NCBI RefSeq assembly: GCF_009914755.1
Contig: NC_060930.1
DNA length: 64,000 nt
Origin: the human T2T-CHM13v2.0 reference genome, Homo sapiens
Reading direction: 5' to 3' (one strand)
The notes below the pieces were generated by a model. The model ran no database searches, had not been told where the DNA came from, and saw nothing but the letters and a program-made list of their open reading frames with translations. The translations under genes and the position numbers were made by a program. This document shows positions 49,144-59,679 of the stretch, in pieces; the stretch's first letter is position 1; every line of letters begins with the position of its first letter.

Positions 49144-49177
49144 GGCTTCGTTTTTGTGTAGTTTCTAACCGTAAGGG

Positions 49178-49806
49178 TTTTTTTTTTTTTTGAGGCGGAG
49201 TCTCACTCTCCCAGGCTGGAGTGCAGTGGCGGAATCTCGGCTCACTGCAAGCTCTGCCTCCTGAGTTCACGCCATTCTCCTGCCTCAGCCTCCTGAGCAG
49301 CTGGGACTACAGGCTCCCACCACTACACCCGGCTAATTTTTGTATTTTTAGTAGAGACGGGGTTTCACCATGTTGGCCAGGATGGTCTCAAACTCGATCT
49401 GGTGATCACCCACCTCGGTCTCCCAAAGTGCTGGGACTACAGGCGTGAGCCACTGCGAATATATCCAAATCAGCTGTGGGCCGAGGGTAGACGAACTAGT
49501 TGCAGCAAGACAATCCTTGCTAGGCACCGTGACTCGCCTGTAATCTCAGCACTTGCAGAGGTCGAGGCTGGCGGTTCACGAGGTTAAGAGACGGAGACCA
49601 TCTTGGCCAACAAGGTGAAACTCCGTCTCTACTAAAAATACAAAAATCAGGTGGGCGTGGTGGCGTGCACTGTAGTCCCAGCTAATTGGGAGGCTGAGGC
49701 AAGAGAATCGCTTGAACCCAGGAGCCGGAGATTGCAGTGAGCCGAGATCGTCACTGCACTACAGCCTGGTGACAGCGAGACTGTCTCAAAAAACAAAACA
49801 AAAAAA
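49178..49806. mobile_element. Head-to-head inverted Alu pair (49178-49456 on -, 49517-49806 on +)
   Basis: Two dimers in opposite orientation with a spacer of about 60 bp. Confidence 0.88.
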
Positions 49807-50311
49807 CCCCCTAGTTTGTATAAAAGCTACATGCTGATACTGGTATATTTAAGGTTAGCATTACACATAATAAAACTAAAAAGCGCAGCGACATAGACAG
49901 TATAACTTGCATTATGATCCCAAATTTTAAGACCTCACAAAAAGGGAATAGTTTAGAGGAAGTTACGTTTTGTGCCACAGGTAAGTCAAGGTGTGGAAAT
50001 GATTGTGCGAACTCTGGAGAACTCACAAATCTGGTTAGCAGGAATTAAACGGATTTAAAATGTCCCTTAATTTTCTTAAATTTATAATAGTTTCCTTCAT
50101 TGTCATGTTACTGGTTGTTGGACTCCATCTGTAAGAGCTCCCAAGCATTAAACTGATTTCAGCCACCTTAAAAATGGATCAAATATTACTTCCTGGAAAC
50201 CTGTGGTTAGCTGGAATTCTCAATTTGTTTAACGCATCTTCATTTAACCTTTATCTTTTAACAAAATTTTGGATATGTATATGTGCTTTCTCTACATTAA
50301 AAAGTTAGTAC

Positions 50312-50632
<321 letters not shown>

Positions 50633-51854
50633 TTAAAATAAGTGCCCCCACACTTTTGTGAACAGTAAGACAGTCCCTGCAAAGCCCCTGCATGCTTTAG
50701 CTGGGAAATCTTCCAGGGAGGTGACAAATTGGGGGGAAGGGGCATCTAGCATCTATGCTCACCTTGTATTGGGGATGGGATCATCTCTAATCAGGGATTC
50801 ATGCTTCTCTAACACCTTGGAAAACAGCAGGTATCACATAGCTGCCAAATAACCTGTCGACTTTGTGACCACTGTCAGACTACCCTGATTACCCAAGGAC
50901 TTTTAGGCTTATTTGGGCAATAGATAAGTAGGAATACCAGCAAATAAAAACTGTTTTCAGACCAAACTTCATGTAGCTTTTATATCAGATGTATTTTGGC
51001 TGCAAATAATAGGAAATGCTAGCTGAACTGGTTGAGATAAGTAATGCAACCAAACAGGACAACATAAAGGCAGAGAAGTTCCACCAATAGGATAATCACA
51101 GCCCTGGCTCCACTACCCTGCAGTCTTGCCTCTGCCCTTCTCCACACTGTGACTTTGCCATCATACTAGTTACAGTTGCAAGTGTTCATGCAGAGAGGAT
51201 AGGATAAAGTAAAGGCAGGAAGAGTCAGTCTATTCCACTGGGTCTTGGATTGAAAGCAAGAGGAGTCTTCCCAGAGGACCCGTTCCTCTCAGGTCCATTT
51301 TCTAGAACTGAGCTAGTTCAGGTGCTGCCTGAGTCATTCACCTACAGAAAACCACGGGATGGGTGTGAACTGATCATCTACCTTCATATATATTTGGCAT
51401 TTTAAAAAGTTAAATATAGTTCTGGGTATTTTGTTTTTGTTGTTACTGTAAATGAGGTATTTCCTATTCATTATTTTTTAACTTTTTTTGTTATATATGT
51501 AAGACTGCTTTCCGTGCATTTTTTTTTAATATCCTTCTAGTACCTCACTGAATTGACTTATTTTCCTATTGGTTTCTTGATAGATTTTCTTGAGTTTTAC
51601 ATGTTTGCAATATAGGTTGAGCATCCGTAATCCAAAAAGCTCCAACATTCAAAACTTTTATTGTACTATTGATTTCTTTGCAAGTCTAGCTGATCCTATA
51701 CACAGCTTAATATAAATTTCTAAGTGCATGCAATAAAATACTTAATACTATTAATAAAACAATACCAAATTGAGTTTTCAAAATATTTTTTAAAATGTGT
51801 GATATAGTAATATTTGTGCTTCAAATAAGATTGAAAATGGTAATATTTTAGTGC

Positions 51855-52545
51855 ATACATTGTGGAAAACAGTATAGAATTTCCTCAAAAAATTAAAAAT
51901 AGAACTACCATATAATCCAACAATCCTACTACTGGGTATATATTGAAAGGAAATAAAATCAGTTTCTCAAAGAGATATCTGTACTCCCATGTTCATTGCA
52001 GAATTATTCTCAATAGACAAGATATAGAAAGAACATAAAGGTCCTTCAGGAGATGAATGGCTAAAGAAAATGTGGCATACATACATAATAGAATACTATT
52101 TGGCCTCAAAAAAGAAAAAGAATTCTGTCATTGGCAGCAACATGGATGAACCTGGAGGATGTTAAGTGAAATGAGCGAGGCACAGAAAGACAAATGCTGT
52201 ATGATCTCATAAGTGGAATTAAAAAAAAGTTGAACTCATATAAGTAGCAGAGTGGTGGTTACCAGTGGCTAGAGTTGGGGAGTGGTGGGAAGATATTGGT
52301 TAAAGGATATGAAATTTCACTTAGGAGGAATAAGCTGAAGAGCTCTATTGTACAATATGCTGATTATAGTTGGTAACAATATGTTGTATTGAAAATTGCA
52401 AAGAGTAGAGTTTAAGTGTTTTCATAAAAAATATGTGGGGTAATGCATATGTTAATTAGATTGCCATTCCGCGATGTATACATATTTCAAAACATCATGT
52501 TGTACACAGTAAATACACAATTTTTGTCAATTTAAAAAATGAAAA
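51855..52545 (+). mobile_element. L1MA-like 3' end
   Basis: ttcctcaaaaaattaaaaatagaactaccata...catggatgaacctggagga...aaaacatcatgttgtacac. Confidence 0.85.
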
Positions 52546-53013
52546 TAGTTGGGTGGAGAGTGGTTTTTAGGGAGGCAAGATTAAGAGCAGTGAGATTAAT
52601 TGGAAACTAATTCAGGTGTGAGATCATGAGTATGCAGACAAAAATGTTAGCGGTGGAGATGGTGTATAATCAGACAACAGAAATATGTAGGAAGTAAAAT
52701 TACCATATCTTGAGAGACTGAAGTGGATGGAGGTTGAACAGAGACTATTAGGGAAAAAATACATTTCTGGCTTGGACAACCATGTGAATAGGGTGGTACT
52801 CATGGATATAGAGAATGCAGAAGTTCAGGAACAGTTCTGTTGGGATCAACTGGAAATCCCTGTGGAGATAATTCTTAAGCGGCTAAGCAACATAAGAACT
52901 GTGATATTGAGTAAGCAGTTTACTGGAGTTCACAGAGACGCAGAAACCTTAGGCTTTGGACCTCAAATTCCAGCAGTTCAAGGGGAGTTAGCCTGATCAC
53001 TTTTCATAATGTG

Positions 53014-53103
53014 CAAGAAAAGGAGCGTAAAAAGCACAAGAGATGCTGCAAAGAGAGCTATTCTATTTACATCTACAAGGTGCTGGAGCTGGTCCACCCG
53101 GAC
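53014..53103 (+). pseudogene. Isolated ~90-bp TSH2B-type H2B fragment ([30 protein letters not shown])
   Basis: Translation aligns to about residues 24-53 of TSH2B; the flanks are non-histone. Confidence 0.85.
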
Positions 53104-53480
53104 TTGGAGAATGTTTTGCACACATTATGGCCAAAGTCAAGAAAAAGCAAACAGCCTAATGCTCAGTGCCAGACTTCCCTAAGTGGGGAGCTCCAGGCCT
53201 TTTTTGCTGTCATCGTAGAGTGTTTGTAGTAGAAAACGTCGTAGACAAAAAAGCCGTATTTCCCCATGGCACTGTCCACAGAAAGAATATCCCCATGAAC
53301 CCAGGATTACGGGAGCTCCCATTTAATTGCCTCGGCTGTGAGATTTTAGCTTTCACCAATACTGGGGCAGATACAGTTGATTAATGCAAAGTTTAGACTT
53401 AAAGATAACCATGTTATGCCTAGTCTAGGAAAAAATTATCAGTCTGGCAACGAGGCATACTCTATAATAAAATAAACATT

Positions 53481-53527
53481 CTACAGCCCTATTAGAAACT
53501 TTCATTGGCTCTTAAAAGAGCCTTTGG
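53481..53527 (-). terminator. Intact histone stem-loop (53522..53507) and HDE-like element of the H2B pseudogene
   Basis: Minus strand reads CCAAA-GGCTCTTTTAAGAGCC-AATGA...AATAGGGCTGTAG. Confidence 0.88.
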
Positions 53528-53560
53528 TTTGTGGAGCTCATCTGCTGGCCCTATCATGTT

Positions 53561-53940
53561 TTACTTGGAGCTAGTGTACTTGGTGACAGCCTTGGTGCCC
53601 TCCGACACAACGTGCTTGGCTAGTTCCCCAGGCAGCAGCAGGCGCACGGCCGTCTGGATCTCCCTGGAGGTGATGGTCGAGCGCTTGTCATAATGCGCCA
53701 GGCGGGAAGCCTCACAGGCAATGCGCTCAAAAATGTCACTAACAAAAGAATTCATGATACTCATGGCCTTGGAAGAGATTCCAGTGTCCGCGTGGACCTG
53801 CTTCAGCAGCTTGTAGATGTAAATAGAATAGCTCTCTTTGCGGCATCTCTTCCGCTTTTTGTCCTCCTTCGAGTTTTAGCGACTGCCTTCTTAAAGCCCT
53901 TTTCGGAAATGGTAGTGCCCTTTGAAGCAAGCTCCAGCAT
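53561..53940 (-). pseudogene. H2BC2P: Unprocessed TSH2B-like H2B pseudogene (HIST1H2BPS1)
   Basis: ATG at 53940 ([23 protein letters not shown]), 4-bp deletion at 53870/53871, then an intact frame to KYTSSK*; 380 nt versus 384 nt for H2BC1. Confidence 0.93.
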
Positions 53941-54221
53941 GTTTATCTTCCAAGTTCACAGGGAGATCACTAACTGATGTTTGACTGGAGTGAAGCGTGA
54001 TATTTATAGGCATGGCCCTCAACCTACGTCATTTGCATCCAACATCTGATTGGATAATAGGTAGAGTATGTAAATAAGGCAATAGCAGTAAGGTTCTCTG
54101 ATTGGATAGATGGCTATCAGCCAATCAATCAGATAATCCACAATCTGCTGTCAGACTAGAAATACGCTGAGTACCCGTTTTAACGGGTGTCTTTTTCCGT
54201 TATAACTTTTAGTTTTGGGCT
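53941..54221. promoter_or_regulatory. Duplicated bidirectional histone promoter between the two pseudogenes
   Basis: Alignable to 48361-48530 in inverted orientation. H2B-side TATAAATA intact (54008..54001); ATTTGCAT at 54031-54038; three CCAAT boxes; H2A-side TATA mutated to TAGAAATA (54157-54164). Confidence 0.85.
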
Positions 54222-54604
54222 ATGTCTTAGACTAGGGAAACTCGGGGGAAGGGTACGCGCTATTCATTCAGAGAGGTTCTGCAGTTCCCCGTGGGCGGTG
54301 TCAACGGGCTGCTCAGCAAGGGCAACGATGCCGAGAGGGTCGGGGGCTGCACGCTAGCGTACCTGCCGGCGGTTCTGGAGTACCTGGCCTCCGACACCCT
54401 GGAGTTGGCGGGCAACGCCGTCGGAACAAGAAGAAGACCCGCATCATCCCGCGCCACCTGCAGCTGGCCATCCGCAACGACAAGGAGCTCGACAAGCTGC
54501 TGGCCCGAGTGACAATGGCTTAGGGTGACGTTTTGCCCAACATCCAAGCTGTGCTGCTGTCCCAAAGGATTGGGAGCCACTACCACAAAGTCCAGTATGA
54601 ATAA
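54222..54604 (+). pseudogene. H2AC2P: Unprocessed TH2A-like H2A pseudogene (HIST1H2APS1)
   Basis: ATG TCT TAG at 54222. Recognisable [52 protein letters not shown] and a TH2A-like end HYHKVQYE*. Indels and a second in-frame TAG are present. Confidence 0.93.
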
Positions 54605-54703
54605 CCACCCAAGTTGTAAAAGCCAGCGAAGTGACTTGAATGTCTAATGTCTAGAAGAAACAAAAACAAAAACAAAAACAAAAACCCCAAAGCTGAAATC
54701 AAA

Positions 54704-54743
54704 GGCCCTTTTCAGAGCCACTCAATTTCTGAGAAAGAGCTAG
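54704..54743 (+). terminator. Stem-loop with one stem mismatch, plus HDE, of the H2A pseudogene
   Basis: AAA-GGCCCTTTTCAGAGCC-ACTCA...GAAAGAGCTAG. Confidence 0.85.
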
Positions 54744-55560
54744 TTTACAAAAGGATTACAAAATGCTGTTTCGTCAATAAGACTACAGCTTTCGTAAACA
54801 GGACTCAGAACAGTTCTGGTTATTGGGGTATCCGAAGCAGTTTCCTTTAATACTCGGTAGTATTGACAGCAGAACTTGATGTTTCTGGGTGGAACTGTTT
54901 CAGCACCTACTTCAGGTAGGCAGAGCAGTGATTATAGCAGGCTCCTGGAAGGGAAAATGCCATTCTTCTTGGGAAAATGAACAAACAAATTAGGATGTTA
55001 TTGTGACAACCTATGTAATTCCTGAGAAAAATAATGTGAAGATGGGGAATCATATTTTGGGGGTTGAATTTTAGTTAGAGTGTCGAATTAGACTAAATGA
55101 TTAGAAGGAAAGGAAGATTTGTAAACTTGCAGCTTTCAGCACAACTCTTGTTGGGAGAGCATGACTGTATGGACATCAGTCAAGGAATGGGCATATCTAA
55201 ACATACTCCTAGGGCGCATGTTTTCTTCTGCCAAAGAATTACCTTCCGAGAATTCTAGGATGGTTATATGTCTAGAAGACCGTAGCCATGCTATGTTAAT
55301 AAACCAAAAGATAAAAGGTACATACAGGTATGTGATACCTTACTTATGTGAAGTGCTTAATACACTATAATAAAGTTTATAATGTTTATAAGGTTTATAA
55401 CATACACACTAAGATACAAACCTATAATTAGCCTTTGGTTTGAGATATAATGGACACACTGAGATATAAATATGTTCATACTTATAAATACTCGTATTTA
55501 TAAGTATAAAGATACTAATATTTTAGTATGTGGGTTATATCTCAAACCAAAGCCTAATAC

Positions 55561-55883
55561 TGTGTGTGTGTGTGTGTGTGTATGTGTGTGTGTGTGTGTG
55601 TGTGTATGACAGAGTATTGCTCTGTCGCCCAGGCTGGAGTGCAGTGGTACAATCTCATTGCAACCTCCACCTCCTGGGTTCCAGTGATTCTCCTGCCTCA
55701 GCCTCCCGAGTAGCTGGGATTACATGCACGTGCCACTATACCTGGCTAGTTTTTTGTATTTTTAGTAGAGACGGGGTTTCACCACGATGGTTAGGTTGAT
55801 CTCAAACTCCTGACCTCAGTTGATCCGCCCACCTGAGCCTCCCAAAGTGCTGGGATTACAAGGGTGAGCCACTGCACACGGCC
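55561..55883 (-). mobile_element. AluS whose tail has become a (CA)n microsatellite
   Basis: (TG)n at 55561-55605 directly abuts the reverse Alu 3' end. Confidence 0.88.
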
Positions 55884-58628
55884 AAAAGTTATTTTCTTCA
55901 CAATCCTTGTGTCCATAAAATTATTACCCTAAACCTATAGAATTAAATAAATATAAGAGCTATTTGTTGAAAACAATTATTAAACCTCCTGGGAACTTAA
56001 TTTAGATAGAGATATTTAGGAATTGTTTTAAGGTTACAAGGACATAGTTTAAAACAACCTATGTTAACATATTTGAAAATATTGAAGAAATGTAAGAATT
56101 TCTGAAAAAATAGAAATTGCTTAAATTAAACCTAGAAAGCAGTGAGGATTAAGATGAATGGGGAAGAAAATGAGGTTACCAATGAGCTAACATCCTCAAA
56201 TATCAGGCTTCTTCTTAGACATTTAAGAAAAGGATAAATCTACAGCTAACGAAATGGTTTCAAATTATTAAAAAAATCCCAAAAGTGAATGAAGAAGGCA
56301 TGCTACTAAGTGCAGCACATTCTCAGTTATAAGTAAATATACACAAATCTTCCATTAAATATGAGCAATCAACTCTGGTAGCCAATTAAAAAGTTAACAG
56401 TGATAAACCAGGATCCATCTACGAGTGTAAGGATGTTTGAATGCTGAGTAAAATGCAAACCTGTTTGCTAAAGGAAAAATAAATCTTAAACTCAGTAGAT
56501 GCTTAAAAAGCATTTGTTAATATGTTTAGATGGATAATCTTTGTTTCTTAGTGGAATACTAGTAGTTGCTGTTAGAGGACTTTTAAAATCACTGTTATTT
56601 AATAATGTTCTTGATGATTAGACAAATCTTTAAAAAGGGTATTAAAAAGATTCTCCTATACTAGTAGAAGGAAAATAAAATCAGATTTAAGTAACAACTG
56701 CAGGGCAATGCCCCACAATTAACTGGGAAATAATTATTGGAAATCAACAGTTCTCAGAGCCACACACCCTTTCAGAAAAGGAGCTGTGATCAAGTTTCAA
56801 AAAATATCATTTCAGTAACTCGCTTATGTTCAATGTAGTAATTGCAGCTGCTTCAAAATGATGGCATTAATCTATCATCCTTAGTTCATGCAGATTGTAT
56901 TATATGACAAGGGATTTTAATAAGTAAAACAGAACATTTTTGGTGAGTGTTGGCTATTTTTCATTTATAAATTCAGAAAGCCATAGTAAACATTTGCTAA
57001 AGGAAATGACAATATTCTACTGTAATTATACTGTGGAAAATAGGGAATGTAGGGGGATTAAAGACAAATGAAATGGAGAATGAGCAAGGACACATAATAC
57101 TTGGTGTTAAAGCCCAGAAGGGACATAAGTACATCTGATTACCCTCTAAAGTGGGTGAATGAGGAGCAGAGAGATTAAGTGAGCAATCATGCTCTAATGC
57201 AGTCTGTTCTGCAAAAGACCAAACAAGGGAACTGTCTTACTGCTGTAACACATCACAAACTCCTAATCTGGAAACATCAACATTGACTGAATTCAAGTAC
57301 CCAAACCATACAGTAGAGCTAAAAGTTTTTTCACTTTTTTTTTTTTAACTACAACAAACATTTAAGAAATACCTTTTATTCCATGACCAAAGTCACAGTT
57401 AGGGAAACATGTACATACCAAGAGCTAAAACAAAAGTTTTCAAAAACAATATGCTATGGTGGAAGCATTCTGACATTACTTTCTAAATTATTGTGTTGTG
57501 TTCTATTGTTTTATTGTATGTTCTATTTCACAAGTGGTTCATGACTTGCTCTTCAGAACAAGATTGGGATGATGAAAATGGTCAATCAGGGCAGTCCACT
57601 CTGCACTCAGGTTTAATCAATAAAGGAACTGCACTCACTGGGGTACCATGATTGGTTCAAAGGTTGGGCATGCCACCCAAGCTGAGCCAGTAAGAATCTT
57701 TTCTGATATTTTCAGACATGGAGATTGAAGAGACATATTTATAGGGTTGCAGGACAAATAAAAAATTTTAGAAAATTAATCCAGAGCTGCCAGTGGCTGA
57801 ATCTCTTGCTCTTGGAGCACTTTAAAAAATAAAGGTGACATCAGAAATAAAAACTTCTGTGGCTGTTGAAAGAGAAGGTGGTGGGGGTGGGGTGGTAGGG
57901 GGAATGTCTGTGTATCTCAGATTCCACTCTCTGAGGACTTCAGTCCCAGCAGCTTTTCTTTCTAGTCTACGGTTACCCTAGAAGAGAACTGTTAGTGGGC
58001 CCCACCCTTTCCTCCTTAATTTATCTCAATAATGAGTTTCTTTTGTAAGAACATCTGTCTGACAAATTTAAGCAAAATTTTCGGCTTGACACAATAAAAA
58101 CCTCTCCCCCAAATCATAGTCAATTAAATGTGTTTGGTCTTTAACCATGGCCCCGTATCTCAGTACTCATTTCGGTGAGATTAAATGGCTTTGTTCTTAA
58201 TCAGGGTGTGCCAGAAAGGATAAGAATAAGGAAGAAGCATGAAATTAAGCTAAAAGATGGAATTTTTCTCTTTCCTTTAATACTGTAAAGCAATTAGAAG
58301 ACAAATTTAGAGCCAAACAAGGGGTATGGCTGGTGCTTTGAGAAGATTTTTGGATCCTCAGAACATTTTGACTCCCTTCCATGGGGTCATTAACCCATTC
58401 CTTCCTTCTACTGTTAAGAACCCATATCAGACCAGTGGGATGGGCAGGTCTGACTCTCAGTGTCTTCTGTTACACCAAGATTCTTTTAAAATCCTGAAAT
58501 TTATCAGAACTGGACCATATTTAACTAAATTGTTCTCAAGGTCTTTCTACACAGTAAAAATAAAATTAACACCCTATTATCTTTTCCATTAAATTGTACA
58601 AAATTACATGGTCCAACTGAACTCATTA

Positions 58629-59384
58629 TGAAATCACATTTGCAAAAATTGTAACAGTGAGAAAATTATGACAGTGAAAGAGATCTGACCTAACCAACTT
58701 CATCTTGCTAGATCTTGTTAGATCTTACCTAACCAACCTCCAAACCGCCCTTGGTTATTTCTGGGCACGGGCCAAGCTAACTTTGGGAGAAATTTAGTTT
58801 CTAGTTTAAGTTATAATAGCCCTTCTCAATAAATTAAACCACCTTTGTAAAACTAATGAAAGCCTACCAGGTTAGGAGGATGAGAGGGTCTTAATTTGTA
58901 GTTGAAACATTATTCCATTACCAGCCATTATTCTATAGGTGACAAGATTTGCAACTTCTCCAATTACTCTTGTAAATAATGTCATTAGTGTAGAATCTAA
59001 GATTGGATTTTTGGATGTCTTTTCAGGCTTTTGCATTTCTGATGACTGGATGGCCCCACTGGATCCATGACTCTTGACTCAACTGGTCCTATGGCCACTA
59101 CTCAGAAGTGGACTCAGCTTCAGGAAGGCCATTTTCCCTATCCCTATGATTGCTTTCTCAACCAATCAGCAGCACCCATTCCCTAGCCCCCTGCTTGCCA
59201 AACTATCTTTGAAAAACCCTAGCCTCCAAATTTTCGGGGAGGTTAGTTTGAGTAGTAATAAAACTCTAGTCTCCCTTCTAGCCTGTTTTACATGTATTAA
59301 ACTGTTTCTCTATTGCAATTTCCTTATATTGATAAATTGGCTTTATCTGGGCAGCAGGCAAAAGAAACCCATTGGGTGGTTACA
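58629..59384 (+). mobile_element. LTR8/LTR8A-like ERV1 solo LTR
   Basis: tgaaatcacatttgcaaaaattgtaacagtgagaaaattatgacagtgaaagagatctgacctaacc ... cccattgggtggttaca. Confidence 0.8.
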
Positions 59385-59679
59385 ACTGCTATTACAACCA
59401 GTAATATATGACCATCATATGGCACCCAAATAACATGATTTTGGAAATAAAAGTTACTGCCTTCCAATGAAATAACAATGTTACTAGATCACTGACAGTT
59501 TCCCCCTTTCAAAATATAATAACAAAAATTAGGAATTCCTTCAAAAGAGTCTTCTCTACGATTGTTACGACAGAGAAATATAAGTCCTACATTATATAAA
59601 TTGTTTTATTCTTAACATGTTTCTTCTGATTCCCCTTAATCCTAGACATTCAGATTCTACCTGGATTCTAGATTGGTAT

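Noticed and set aside
49135-49482. cagctgtggg repeated on both sides of the Alu after H2BC1
   Set aside because: Only 10 bp and not directly abutting the Alu ends, so neither a credible TSD nor a second HDE.
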